DNA of 64,000 nt. It comes from a virus (taxonomy: Duplodnaviria > Caudoviricetes). Both the position numbers and the translations under genes were made by a program. Shown here piece after piece: positions 1 through 10,559 of the stretch (its first letter is position 1; each line of letters begins with the position of its first letter). The stretch lies in IMG/VR virus record IMGVR_UViG_2565956686_000002, positions 1 to 64,000 of that record, one strand, 5' to 3'. The notes below the pieces were generated by a model that was given only the letters and a program-made list of their open reading frames with translations, did not search any database and was not told the origin of the DNA.

Positions 1-267
1 TTACGCCGTATGTTTAAGCTTATTCTTATTAATGTAATCAATCACATCTGCTTTCAAGTAATAGATGATCTTTCGTCCATTGGGTTTGAAAAAGGGGATA
101 CCACCACCATTGGTCCTTTTGTTCTGCAACCAAGATAAAGATAGACCTAGCACAATCGCAACCGTCTCAGGTGGAAATTGAGCTGAATCATTAGCTGCCC
201 AAAAGCGGTTCGATTCGGCTGTTTTTTCTTCTGGTGACATACGATCTAATTTAGTTAAGCGTGACAT
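1..267 (-). CDS. Excisionase/AlpA-like winged-HTH protein
   Basis: LGLSLSWLQNKRTNGGGIPF..YLKADV; clear paralog of 15009..15284. Confidence 0.7.
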   Translation of the reverse strand: MSRLTKLDRMSPEEKTAESNRFWAANDSAQFPPETVAIVLGLSLSWLQNKRTNGGGIPFFKPNGRKIIYYLKADVIDYINKNKLKHTA

Positions 268-411
268 TTAACTTCTCCAAATCGATTCTTTAAACTTGGC
301 ATTGGCCACCAGATCTGTCACTTCCGACTCATTCACGTTGTCATAAATATGAGTCATGTTGCCCCCGAACACTGTCAGTGTTCGGGTAATAGTTGAGTAT
401 TTGAATTTCAT
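268..411 (-). CDS. Small phage protein, 47 aa (not in ORF track)
   Basis: MKFKYSTITRTLTVFGGNMTHIYDNV..; start overlaps upstream stop, stop abuts xis ATG. Confidence 0.6.
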   Translation of the reverse strand: MKFKYSTITRTLTVFGGNMTHIYDNVNESEVTDLVANAKFKESIWRS

Positions 412-1725
412 GATGTATGGCCCCCATCATTCGCAGCACTTTCAAGTTGCAAGCGGCGAGTGGAAATTAAGCGCATCATGTCTGGTTGAATGATCGGATC
501 TAAAGTCGATACATCAATTTCCAATGAATCCAGTGTCGTTAGATCAGTTGCGTTTTGGATCTGAACTGAAATTGATGGATTCTCTTTAGCTTGTGGATTT
601 TGGAAATGTTGTAAGCGTCTACTAATCGCACGTAGCAATGGTTCGCGCTGTTCTTCTGTCCATTTCATTGTTTGACTTACAAGAGAATTTGCTTCATCAG
701 CGTTATTAGTGGTTTCTAAATCTTTGAGTAGTTTTTGGAGTTGCTCATTCCATGCTGCAGTCTCTTTTTTCACTTGATCAGAGTAATGGCCACTTTCATT
801 TTTTTGCTGTGTCTCTACATCAACCTTTTGAGCTTGTGCCACAGCTGCAGCAGCTATATTGTCAAATGAAACATTAGATTGATCTTTTTCAAATAAAGCA
901 CTTTTTAAATTGATACGTGTTGCCAGTTTGGCGCTTTCTACTTCTGTTAAATCGCCGTTCGAATTGATGCGGGTGCGAATAGCCTTCAATTCTTCTGATG
1001 AAACAGCAGCATTTATCTCATCAACAAATGCATCACATAAAACTGAAAGCTCTGGATCTGGTGAATCGACTTGGCATTGATTAAGCAATTCATCTGCAGC
1101 ATTTTCAGCAGTAGCTTTTTCAAGTGCTAACTGATCCAGCTTTTCATTTTTTGCTTTATTAATCGCATCAAGTTGATCTTGATTAAATCCGTTCTTCTCT
1201 AAACCAAAGCACGTTGTATTTACTTCTTCAGCCGTTACACAAGTAGTAATAGCATCAATGATTAAATCCTTGTTGTGTTCAATTTGGTTCTTTGCCAAGA
1301 CGAACAATAGATAATTCACTGTTAAGCTCATGACCAAGTGCTTTAGAAATAGCCTTTAATTGAAGCTTGGCATTTTCATCATCACGTTGAACAAAGCCAG
1401 CATTAATTGATTCAATAAGTGCATTGGTTTTGAAGTTCATGACATAGATAGAAGGAGAGTATGTACATATTACAAAAACTTCTTGGCCATCTTGATATTC
1501 ATCAATGCTAAGTGGCTTAGTGAAAGTAATACCAGCCAATTCAATTGTTTCAATCTTTATGCAAAACTCATAGTGAGGTTGATAAAAAACCGTAGCTGGC
1601 ACTTGGTCAAGCGTCATGAACTCCTTATCACCGGGTAAAGTTCCATTACCTGCATATCTACAAAGAACATTTTTACCTAGTTGGATTGCTGCAAAAGCTT
1701 CTTGTGCGTTTAAGATATTGTTCAT
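408..1725 (-). pseudogene. Phage early protein probably split by frameshift/deletion (ORFs 1279..1725 and 408..1337)
   Basis: ORFs overlap in different frames near 1280-1337; N-part resembles C-terminal domain of 17089..18276. Confidence 0.5.
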
Positions 1726-1985
1726 GCTGACCATCCTTCCATGTCTGACTTTGCTTGGCAGGCATTTAAAATATTTTGTTCGAATTTAGTCCCTCTGAAA
1801 TATTCAGCAGGTCTATTTAATGCTTTGATGTTTGGCGCTTTCTGAATATCTTGCAGGGCAAGGTTGTATTCACTCTCTAAGCGTGAATCAGATTCCGTTT
1901 GTAGTTGTTTCTCATTTGCCTGATGAGCTTGTTTAAAGCGAGCTTTTTTATTAATTCATCTTTAAGAATGCTGGATATCAAAACT
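1722..1985 (-). pseudogene. C-terminal remnant of a recombination (SSAP-type) protein
   Basis: Reads ..ALQDIQKAPNIKALNRPAEYFRGTKFEQNILNACQAKSDMEGWSA*, similar to C-terminus of 18575..19315; no start codon. Confidence 0.65.
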
Positions 1986-2252
1986 TTTTAGTTTCTTAAA
2001 AATCAGATTAATCGTGAAATAAATGTGATAATTATCAAAAAAATACGAAATAAAGTGATTGATTTAAGAGCTCAAGTTAAGTATTTTTTTATTAGGTTAG
2101 GTGGGTTTCTCCAACGCCTAACTAGGCTAACGACTGACACTCGGAAAGACGAGATGAAGCAAAACGCTCACAGCAATGTGAGCGTTTCTAATGCCATGAA
2201 AATGTGACATGTAGGCAATATCAGGGCTCCTCAATTCAATAATTCAATTAAG

Positions 2253-2474
2253 TTGATATCTAATACCAACATGAAAAGATCACGTAAGACACCTGAATAT
2301 TTACCTTCAAACTGGACAACTGAACAAGACTGCTTTTTGATTGAAAATAGCGAATTGCCAATTGAAGAGTTAAAGAAACACCTTTCCTTTGATGAGGATA
2401 CGATTCAAAGTCGAAAAGAGATACTTGGACTCAGTAGAAGACAGAGACAAATGCGTAAATTTTTAAACACTTAA
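2253..2474 (+). CDS. Hypothetical protein, Myb/HTH-like
   Basis: WTTEQDCFL..IEELKKHL..IQSRKEILGL pattern. Confidence 0.5.
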   Translation: MISNTNMKRSRKTPEYLPSNWTTEQDCFLIENSELPIEELKKHLSFDEDTIQSRKEILGLSRRQRQMRKFLNT

Positions 2475-2631
2475 TAATCGCTTTAATATCTAATTTTTGC
2501 GAAACAGATTACAGTGCATGAAGCCTTGTTGATATACTTAATATTAGCGAGTCTTTCTTTAGTAATACTTAATATCTACATTCTCTTTTTTAGATGTAAG
2601 TGTATGTTTTTAAACTCCATTTAAAAATTAT

Positions 2632-2847
2632 TTGATGATCGTTATGGCTAAGGCAAGTAAATCTTTGATAAAACCATACTTAAGAGAAAATGATCACCCA
2701 TTTGTTACTTTATCCACATTTGTCAATTATGTTAGAAATAATAAAAATTGGTCTGATGAGAAGATTCGATCAATTGTGAAAGAAGCTAAGTCTAAGGATA
2801 GGCATCATTTTTATGAAACTTTAATGTCTAATATGGACAAAGATTAG
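2632..2847 (+). CDS. Hypothetical protein
   Basis: ORF track; followed by terminator-like hairpin ~2880-2902. Confidence 0.5.
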   Translation: MMIVMAKASKSLIKPYLRENDHPFVTLSTFVNYVRNNKNWSDEKIRSIVKEAKSKDRHHFYETLMSNMDKD

Positions 2848-3179
2848 TCTATTAGAAATTTGCATCTGAATAGATAAAAGCTACCCTAGTGGTGGTTTTT
2901 ATTTATAAGTATTTGAAAAAATTAACTTATGAACTTGAGGTGAATATGAATTATTTACTATTCACAAAAATGTTTATGTTCGAAAAGATATAAGCTCTAT
3001 AAAGAAAGTTTTATTTCGAAGGGTAGTTAATCGTTTTAGATGTGTTACTAAGGTTGAATGAGAAGGTTTTTAAAGACTCTCATATCTAATGAATGCACTT
3101 ATAAAATTTTGATTGTATTAGAATTTTAATATTGTAATGTTAATATTACTCATAAAATAGATCATTGGATTTAAGTTGA

Positions 3180-3767
3180 ATGGAAAAAGTCTTTCTAAAA
3201 TCATTACTTATTTTAACTTTTATAAGCATTATTTCTGGTTGTGTTGACTACAAATTAGTAAAAAAAAGAGCATTACATAATCAAGAGGTTGAATATGTAC
3301 CAGCACAAGGTAGTAACTGGTTTGCTTCTAAAGATATTGAAGAACGAAGCGGAAAGATTACATTTAATATGGCAACGCTAAGTAATTATTTAAATACTAA
3401 AAATGAACCATTTTCTAGTACTTCTAATCTAGTATTTCTTTATACTCAAGCGCCTAATGATAATAGTGTTCTGTTATCTGTGACAAGAGGACTTGCTGAA
3501 TGTCCTGAAACTGATTGTGAAGTCACATTTAAATTCGATGAAGAAAAGCCTATAAAAGTTAAAATGTTTGTATTAGATGATTTTGACGGACATTCATTTA
3601 AAATTAGAAATGCCAAAGATAGAGATACAATTGTTGAGCTCGTTAAGAAAAGCAAACAATTAAAAGTTGATATACCTTTAATGAATAACGGTGTCAAAAC
3701 AGCACAATTTGATGTTTCTAATTTTAATTATGTTTTTGAGAGATTCTTAAAGGAAAATAATTCCTAA
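3180..3767 (+). CDS. Moron lipoprotein
   Basis: Lipobox IISGC after hydrophobic stretch; low GC. Confidence 0.7.
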   Translation: MEKVFLKSLLILTFISIISGCVDYKLVKKRALHNQEVEYVPAQGSNWFASKDIEERSGKITFNMATLSNYLNTKNEPFSSTSNLVFLYTQAPNDNSVLLSVTRGLAECPETDCEVTFKFDEEKPIKVKMFVLDDFDGHSFKIRNAKDRDTIVELVKKSKQLKVDIPLMNNGVKTAQFDVSNFNYVFERFLKENNS

Positions 3768-3832
3768 AATTCATTATAGAATTAAATGTTTTCGCGATTT
3801 TTTTATCGGTGAAATAGTTTCACTTTCCTACG

Positions 3833-3855
3833 TACCGCCTTCGGGTGGTTTTTTA
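3833..3855 (+). terminator. Intrinsic terminator
   Basis: ACCGCC-TTCG-GGTGGT followed by T-run. Confidence 0.7.
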
Positions 3856-4086
3856 TTGAGTTCTAAAAAGTAAAGACCCACTTTGAGGTAGGTCTTTGGG
3901 ATGGCGTCCTTCGTTCTTTCGGCTACCCACAGGCTGGTTACTGGTTCTGGTAACAGGAGTAATAAATTACTGACCCAACGGCAGGAACCCTGTGAAGTAA
4001 TAATACAACCATCGGGAAGTCCTTGCTCCTGCAATACAATTTTAAACGATATTCAATTTAGCCAGCAAGAACTATTGAGGGTGAGT

Positions 4087-4521
4087 ATGGACACTTCAAA
4101 ATATTTCGAACTCACTAAGAAGCGCGAACATAAAACCAAGCCAAGAAATACGCCGTTGCCGAAAGCCAAACAAAACTATTCAGAAGCTTTTGAAACATTA
4201 AAAGAAGAATTACAGGATCTAGCAATCGGCTTTGAAAGTAAATTCCAACCGATTCACACTAAACATTGGCGTTTTGATTTCCATATCGTGAAATTGCGTT
4301 TACTTATTGAGATTGAGGGCGGTCCTTGGTCTGGTGGGCGTAGTGGAAAATTATCAAATAAGGCTTGGAGTTTAGATCGATATGATCAGGTTGAGGATCT
4401 AGGCTTTAAGATTGAACGGTTACATCCTGATTCTATTTTATTTGGTTATGCAATCGATTGGATTAAAGGTCTTTTAGAGAGAATTGAACATGAACCAGAT
4501 CCGACCATTTCCACCAACTGA
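4087..4521 (+). CDS. PD-(D/E)XK endonuclease (DUF559/Vsr-like)
   Basis: WRFDF..LLIEIEGG motif; ATG 4087 follows GAGG. Confidence 0.7.
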   Translation: MDTSKYFELTKKREHKTKPRNTPLPKAKQNYSEAFETLKEELQDLAIGFESKFQPIHTKHWRFDFHIVKLRLLIEIEGGPWSGGRSGKLSNKAWSLDRYDQVEDLGFKIERLHPDSILFGYAIDWIKGLLERIEHEPDPTISTN

Positions 4522-5131
4522 CCTGATTGACCAAGCCGATGAAGAAGAAGCTTTGCGCTTGGCACCTGCACCAGATTTAAAGGAATGGGTAGTTGCTAAC
4601 TATCTCACAGTTGATGCTGAGCTATACAACCCAGATCATGACTACATCGCTGAGCTGTTACACGACAATGAAGAGTTTTTGGCGTTTGCTTGGGCATCAC
4701 AGGCTTATAATTTCAAAAAGAAAATGGTGCTAGGTCAGTGTGAAAAAGTCATGTTTAACGTTGGTGGATGGCGTAAGGCAAGACAAGAGCAACAAATGCG
4801 AGATTGGTTTGGATTTGTGCCCATTTATCTAATCACTATCGATGCAAGCTTTTGCGAACAAACATCTGATCGTGAGTTTTGCGCTTTGATCGAGCATGAG
4901 CTTTATCACATCGGTGTTGAGCGTGACAGTGAGGGCGAGATCATCTATAGCGATAATACTGGACTACCTAAGCATTTCTTAGCTGGTCACGATGTTGAGG
5001 AATTTATAGGCGTGGTCAAACGACATGGCGCAAGCGAGAACGTTAAGCGACTTGTCGAAGTAGCGAAGCAAGCGCCGTTTGTATCAGATTTAGCTATCAC
5101 AAAGTGTTGTGGAACATGTGTTATTAGTTGA
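4490..5131 (+). CDS. Putative phage metallopeptidase
   Basis: HELYH (HExxH) and HDVEEF motifs. Confidence 0.8.
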   Translation: MNQIRPFPPTDLIDQADEEEALRLAPAPDLKEWVVANYLTVDAELYNPDHDYIAELLHDNEEFLAFAWASQAYNFKKKMVLGQCEKVMFNVGGWRKARQEQQMRDWFGFVPIYLITIDASFCEQTSDREFCALIEHELYHIGVERDSEGEIIYSDNTGLPKHFLAGHDVEEFIGVVKRHGASENVKRLVEVAKQAPFVSDLAITKCCGTCVIS

Positions 5132-5189
5132 GCCAATCGGCTCTTTTTTTTGGCTATCTTGTTATACGTAGTCATACAAAGAGGTGTTT

Positions 5190-5654
5190 ATGGCAGCCTT
5201 AAAAGAGCCTGTAAAAATATTTATAGTTCAAGCTCTTGCATGCCGCGATACACCTCAAGAAGTTGCTGAGTTGGTAAAACAAGAGTTTGGGATTATAACG
5301 GATCGAATGCAGTGTGCATCATACGATCCAACTAAAGCAGCAGGTCGAAACCTAAGTAAGAAATTCAGAGATCTTTTTGAGGAAACTAGAAAGAAATTTG
5401 ACGAGGGTTTGATCGATATACCGATCGCTAATAAGCATTACCGTATGAAGCAATACGATAAATTGCTGAACAAGACTAAAAATACAGTCACAGCGTTAAA
5501 GATTATGGAGCAGGCAGCAAAAGATAGCGGTGGCTTATTTACCAACCGTAAAGAGATAACGGGTGCAAACGGCGGTCCTGTAGAAACTGTTCAATCACAG
5601 ACAACGGTTGAAGATTATCTTAAGGCAAGGGAAAAGGCGTTAGATGAGTATTGA
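5190..5654 (+). CDS. Terminase small subunit (DUF2280-like)
   Basis: FIVQALACRDTPQEVA, YDPTK, EITGANGGPV; directly upstream of terL. Confidence 0.8.
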   Translation: MAALKEPVKIFIVQALACRDTPQEVAELVKQEFGIITDRMQCASYDPTKAAGRNLSKKFRDLFEETRKKFDEGLIDIPIANKHYRMKQYDKLLNKTKNTVTALKIMEQAAKDSGGLFTNRKEITGANGGPVETVQSQTTVEDYLKAREKALDEY

Positions 5655-6369
5655 GGATGATCATAAGTTAGCAATACAGATCGAAGCACAACAAGATCTC
5701 TATTTCTTCTCACGATATATGTTCAAAGAACGCCGTAAGTATAAATGGCGGCATAACTGGCATCACAGGGTAGTTTGTGATGCATTAATGAAAGTATTTA
5801 ACGGCGAAATTAAACGCCTGATAATTAATATCCCGCCTAGATACTCAAAAACAGAACTTGCTGTGATTAATTTTATGGCTTGGTGTTTTGGGAAAGTGCC
5901 AGATAGTGAATTTATTCATATCAGCTACTCAGCAACATTGGCTGCCAATAATGCATTTCAGACTCGTAACTTAGTTCAAGAACAATCTTTTAAATCAGTT
6001 TTTCCTGATTTTGAGTTACGTGATGACAGCAAGGCTAAGGATGACTGGCGAACCAAAGCAGGTGGTGTTTGTTATGCCCAAGGTACTGGCGGAACGATTA
6101 CAGGTTTCGGTGTAGGTAAGATTCGTGAAAGTTTCGGTGGTGCAATTATTATTGATGACCCACACAAAGCCAGTGAAGCCAAGTCTAAAACCATACGTGA
6201 GGGTGTTATTGAATAGTTTCAAAATACACTTGAATCACGCACCAACTCCCCAGAAACCCCAATTATTGTCATCATGCAAAGATTACATGAAGAAGATCTG
6301 GCAGGTTGGCTATTAGACGGCGGCAATGGTGAGGAATGGGAACATATCTGTTTATCAGCTATTCAAACC
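5644..6369 (+). pseudogene. Terminase large subunit, truncated
   Basis: IINIPPRYSKT (Walker A), IIIDDPHK (Walker B); in-frame TAG at 6214, then frame continues FQNTLESRTN..IIVIMQRLHEEDLAG to ~6366. Confidence 0.9.
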
Positions 6370-6908
6370 TGACACCAATTGCCGCAATTAAATTGATAGC
6401 GGATGCAGCAGGTGGTTTTATTTACAGTGAGCCGAACAGCAATACATTGACGATTAAGCCGCGTTATAAAAAGACATGGTGGGATTCAATCGCGATTGAT
6501 GATTACGATCGTATTATTCCTGAATCAGTCGTAACGGATATCTCTACGGATTACATAATGTACCCCGACTATAACGGGGTTTTCCTTACCAATGACCGCA
6601 ATGGGAATACTGGGCAAGTGAAACGGGTTGGAACGGCTGGCGATGTAAAGCTTGAACCGATCAACGACCCACTTTTTACGTCTGTTAGTGCGATGTATGA
6701 AAAAGGGCGAGAAGTTCTGGCCAAAGCTGGCATGGTTCAAACACATAGCTTATTGATGCCAATCACTCAGGAAATTGGGCAGTGTTTACCGGTAGAATTA
6801 ACAGTCTTTAATGGTGACTGGTGGGGTATTACAGATGGTGTAAGTGGATCATTTAGTTATGAAAAAGTCACTCAAACCACATCTATAGAGAGGGTGAATT
6901 GTGAGTAA
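6355..6908 (+). pseudogene. 3' fragment of a tail/hub protein fused to terL
   Basis: ..SYSNLTPIAAIKLIADAAGGFIYSEP..; apparent start borrowed from terL sequence. Confidence 0.6.
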
Positions 6909-7131
6909 TGTATTATCGAGACTTTTAGATTTATTGCCGAAAACGCCTGAATTTATAGCCACTGTGCAAAATGCTGATCATCCCAATTACAAGGTTTTAG
7001 TCGTTGATGGGACAGGGCTTGTACTGTGTACCAGTTCAACAGTTTTTAGTGTGGGAGACCGAGTGTATATCAGTGGCAATGAAATAAAACGAAGTGCGCC
7101 CACTGGTGTTGTATATCAAATCGAAGTGTAA
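6901..7131 (+). CDS. Small tail-tip (OB-fold-like) protein
   Basis: Last gene before terminator; VGDRVYI motif. Confidence 0.55.
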   Translation: MSNVLSRLLDLLPKTPEFIATVQNADHPNYKVLVVDGTGLVLCTSSTVFSVGDRVYISGNEIKRSAPTGVVYQIEV

Positions 7132-7188
7132 CTTTAAAACAAAAGAATCCGCCGTTTAGGCGGTTTTTTATTATCTGGAGAAACAGAA

Positions 7189-7563
7189 ATGCATGAACAA
7201 CTTTCAATTAAAGCTTTGCCTTGGTTCATTAAAATTTTAGCTGCAGTGGTTGGGGCGATATTTGCACTCACTTTATCCGGGAACATCGACAAAGAGGGGC
7301 GAATTAAAATCAATGTTAGTGTGATTATGAAATTCGTTTTTAGTGTAGCTATTAGTTTATATGGAGGTTCAGCTTTCATTGAATACTATGAATTAGCAGC
7401 GCATTACTCGCATATGGCACAAGGTTTTGTCATGTTGATGTTCGCAGTTTTCGGAATGCTATGTATCGGTATCCTGTATCAAGCTGTACAGCTTATGAAA
7501 GGTAAGTCACCTGCTGAAATCATAGTCGAAGTAAAAGAGACGTTTAGCTCAATTTTTAAATAA
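7189..7563 (+). CDS. Holin-like membrane protein
   Basis: Three hydrophobic segments, GGAG RBS, position after tail genes. Confidence 0.6.
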   Translation: MHEQLSIKALPWFIKILAAVVGAIFALTLSGNIDKEGRIKINVSVIMKFVFSVAISLYGGSAFIEYYELAAHYSHMAQGFVMLMFAVFGMLCIGILYQAVQLMKGKSPAEIIVEVKETFSSIFK

Positions 7564-7730
7564 ATAATTCAATTTTAACCATGCTGCCTTCGGGTGGCTT
7601 TTAATTTTCCATCCATCTGATTTTAAAAACCTATATCATTCAATAGATATAATGCACCAAATAATAAATCAGAGAACTCAAATGATTTTACAGGGGCCTT
7701 TTGTTGTTATCTTTGGAATGGTATTAAGTA

Positions 7731-8063
7731 ATGAATAAAATCTATTTTATTTTGATTCTTCTCTTGATGACTGCTGTTGTATGGAAATCTAATCATGACA
7801 GATTGAAAAGAGAACAAGAAAGTGAGCAACAATTTCAACAGCACATGAAAAAAATGGCTCAAATGGAATTGGAGTATCAACGAAGATTGGAACGACAAGA
7901 AGCTGAGAAAGCAAAGAAAGCGCAACAGCGTATGAAAGAGAATCAAAAAGCTAGACTTGAGTCCGAAAGACTTGAACATGAAATGAGGATGAAAGAATAT
8001 TCTAAATCGGAATATCCGAATTCATATGAGGAAGAAGAGATGCATAGATATATTTCTGAATAA
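7731..8063 (+). CDS. Membrane-anchored coiled-coil moron protein
   Basis: N-terminal TM segment plus E/Q/K/R-rich helix. Confidence 0.6.
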   Translation: MNKIYFILILLLMTAVVWKSNHDRLKREQESEQQFQQHMKKMAQMELEYQRRLERQEAEKAKKAQQRMKENQKARLESERLEHEMRMKEYSKSEYPNSYEEEEMHRYISE

Positions 8064-8133
8064 AAAATTAATCCGTGCTATAAATATCCTTAACAAAATT
8101 CATTTTATTACCAATAAGTTAAAAGTTAAACAC

Positions 8134-8469
8134 ATGAAAAAAATATTATTAATTTGCCTAGCAACAATGATTGTAGGGTGTCAGCAATCTAAATTTGGAG
8201 AATTAGTAGCAACAAATCAGCTGAAAGAAGCGAACAAGAAAATTAGAACGTTTTTAAGTATTCTTGATGATCCTAATGCGGATAAAAATGATCAGGAAAA
8301 CGTTCTATGTTTGATGTATCCCAAAATTTATAAGTATGAATATTTACCATCTATATTAAGACTGACAAAGTTAAAGATTATAGATGCTAAACCAAAAGAT
8401 CAGCTATTAGATGATTTGCGTAAAACCACTGAAACTTACAGCAAAAAACTCAATATCACTTGTGACTAA
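8134..8469 (+). CDS. Moron lipoprotein
   Basis: MKKILLICLATMIVGC lipobox. Confidence 0.65.
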   Translation: MKKILLICLATMIVGCQQSKFGELVATNQLKEANKKIRTFLSILDDPNADKNDQENVLCLMYPKIYKYEYLPSILRLTKLKIIDAKPKDQLLDDLRKTTETYSKKLNITCD

Positions 8470-8630
8470 AGAATTCAACCGACCTGAATATACTAATCCT
8501 ATGATTCATATGTGAAAGGTGGATTAAAGTATTTTATACAGTGGTGAGTTTAAACCATGTTCGAGTTTTTAATGACTTTTTTTAAATCATTTGTTAAATT
8601 GCGTAAACAAAATAACAAATGGTTTTAAAT

Positions 8631-9356
8631 ATGAAGAAATTAGCAATAGTTTTATCTGGGGTTTTATTCTCGACATTCGTTTATGCAGATAAACCTTTAA
8701 ATGTTCAATCTGGATATTCAATGCCTGCTTTAGAAAGTGGACAATCTGCAAACGAGAGGGCTATACCATTAGCTGAAAAAAAATCATATTCTGAATGGTC
8801 GAACAAGCGAACAAATAATACCACTTCATCTTTATATGCTCATTACACTCAACAAAATGGGAAGTTTAGTAATGATATTGATGTAGATCTAAAAGGTGGA
8901 ACGATTGGATTTTCTACAACCCCATATTCAAGTGGTTGGTGGGTAGAATTTGAATACCTAAAGAATACTGAATATTCAGCAGATTATTATGAAGCTACGT
9001 TTGGTGGTCATTATAATATTATCAATTCAAATGGTTTTTATACATTAGCAACTACTGGTATGGGGGTAGGTGTTGGATCTGCTGATGGATTTGACGATAC
9101 AGCTTACTTAACATTGCCAATTGGGTTGGAGGCTGGTTATAGCTTCGCACCAAACCTTTCTGTATTTGGCGGCGTTGGTTATAAGTGGAACTGGGAAATT
9201 AAAGATAATCGAACTCGTTGCAATGATGGAACTACAAGTAATAGCTCAGGTTCTGGAACTTGCTCATGGCATGGTGGTGTAGATACAAGCTATGACTACA
9301 CAATTGGAGACTTTGATGGGTTAACTTACAAAGCTGGTATCCGATACAATTTCTAA
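8631..9356 (+). CDS. Outer-membrane beta-barrel protein with DUF3761-like Cys insert
   Basis: Signal peptide (VYA), amphipathic strands, C-terminal YNF, CNDG..GTCSWHGGV. Confidence 0.7.
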   Translation: MKKLAIVLSGVLFSTFVYADKPLNVQSGYSMPALESGQSANERAIPLAEKKSYSEWSNKRTNNTTSSLYAHYTQQNGKFSNDIDVDLKGGTIGFSTTPYSSGWWVEFEYLKNTEYSADYYEATFGGHYNIINSNGFYTLATTGMGVGVGSADGFDDTAYLTLPIGLEAGYSFAPNLSVFGGVGYKWNWEIKDNRTRCNDGTTSNSSGSGTCSWHGGVDTSYDYTIGDFDGLTYKAGIRYNF

Positions 9357-9468
9357 AATAGCCATTTTCAACTATGAGGTAATGTATTTCATAGCTTGAA
9401 AAAATTATCCAAACGCTGATTTATCTAATGCCGCCCTAGGGCGGTTTTTTATGTCTAGAGGAAAGTGA

Positions 9469-9669
9469 ATGCAAAATTATTTTAAATATGTAATAGATTG
9501 GTTAGATGCATATAATCTGACAGTAGTCGCTGTAATTCTATCCGCTATTGTAGCGATCGTAAGATCATTACCTATACAGCTTTCAATTTTTGTGGGTGGT
9601 ATTGTGGGCTTCAAAGGCACACTTTGGATAGATCGAATGATTAGTAAAAAAGTAGGTGATGACTTATGA
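9469..9669 (+). CDS. Holin-like protein (possibly internally deleted)
   Basis: Two TM segments; overlaps endolysin start. Confidence 0.6.
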   Translation: MQNYFKYVIDWLDAYNLTVVAVILSAIVAIVRSLPIQLSIFVGGIVGFKGTLWIDRMISKKVGDDL

Positions 9670-10250
9670 AAGCGATCATTGATTATTTACGTAAAATCAG
9701 TGGTGGAAAACTGACTCAAAAACAAGTCGATGCCACAGATAAATTAATAAATGTTGCTACAGCCTATGATGTTGACGATATGCTTGGAATAGCAATTGAT
9801 TCTGACATGAGTGTAAGTTCAGTCGGTATTCAACTTATCACCAGTTTTGAAGATCTAAAATTGGAAGCTTATGATGATGGTGTAGGCGTCTGGACGATTG
9901 GTTATGGGACAACGACTTATCCAAATGGTGTTGCTGTAAAGAGGGGTGAAAGTTGTACCTTAGAACAAGCAAAGTCCTTTTTTCAACATGATTTGAGGCG
10001 CTTTCAAACTGCTGTAAATGGGGCTGTGACTGTTCCACTCTCACAAAATCAATTCGATGCTTTGGTTTCTTTGGCTTATAACATCGGGACGAATGCTTTT
10101 AAGACTTCGACCTTAGTGAAGTATCTGAATGCTTTAGATTTCAAAGCTGCAGCAGATGAGTTCCTAAAGTGGAACAGAGGTGGGGGAAAGGTGATGAAAG
10201 GTTTGGTTCGTCGTCGTGAGACTGAGAGAGCATTATTTTTAAAGAAATAG
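9666..10250 (+). CDS. Endolysin, GH24 lysozyme
   Basis: E-x8-D-x5-T (FEDLKLEAYDDGVGVWTIGYG), NQFDALVSLAYNIG, GLVRRR. Confidence 0.95.
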   Translation: MKAIIDYLRKISGGKLTQKQVDATDKLINVATAYDVDDMLGIAIDSDMSVSSVGIQLITSFEDLKLEAYDDGVGVWTIGYGTTTYPNGVAVKRGESCTLEQAKSFFQHDLRRFQTAVNGAVTVPLSQNQFDALVSLAYNIGTNAFKTSTLVKYLNALDFKAAADEFLKWNRGGGKVMKGLVRRRETERALFLKK

Positions 10251-10303
10251 AAAAAGCCCTTTTTGAAGTGCTCAATTCAACAATGAATAAATACTACATT
10301 TTC

Positions 10304-10477
10304 TTATTTCAAATAAAAGCCAAGCATCACAGCAAACATTCCAGGAAGCATACATAAAAAGCCCATCGCTTTAACTTCTTGGGTGTTTCTTATATGTTTG
10401 TGAAATATATGTGGACCAAATATCATTCCCAAGAAAGTTAAGATGAATCCAATAATTATCAAAAATGCTGACATCAT
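10304..10477 (-). CDS. Small 2-TM membrane protein (not in ORF track)
   Basis: MMSAFLIIIGFILTFLGMIFGP..GFLCMLPGMFAVMLGFYLK*. Confidence 0.55.
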   Translation of the reverse strand: MMSAFLIIIGFILTFLGMIFGPHIFHKHIRNTQEVKAMGFLCMLPGMFAVMLGFYLK

Positions 10478-10559
10478 TTTTACTCTTTACATTGAAATAA
10501 AACCGCTCATTATCATCATTGATAGTGAGCGCTTTTGTTTTGATTATAGATCAATGTCG

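Noticed and set aside
1279-1725. Tad2/DUF2829 call from AFAAIQLGKNV
   Set aside because: Lacks the W-N-G and W.PS..D..A.DW motifs
3901-4086. N-terminal extension of ORF 3901..4521 and antisense ORF 3828..4034
   Set aside because: A better RBS and start lie at 4087; the upstream part overlaps hairpins and a terminator
9841-9860. Endolysin FED instead of the usual FEG as an inactivating change
   Set aside because: Catalytic E, D and T spacing is intact; cannot be judged from sequence alone
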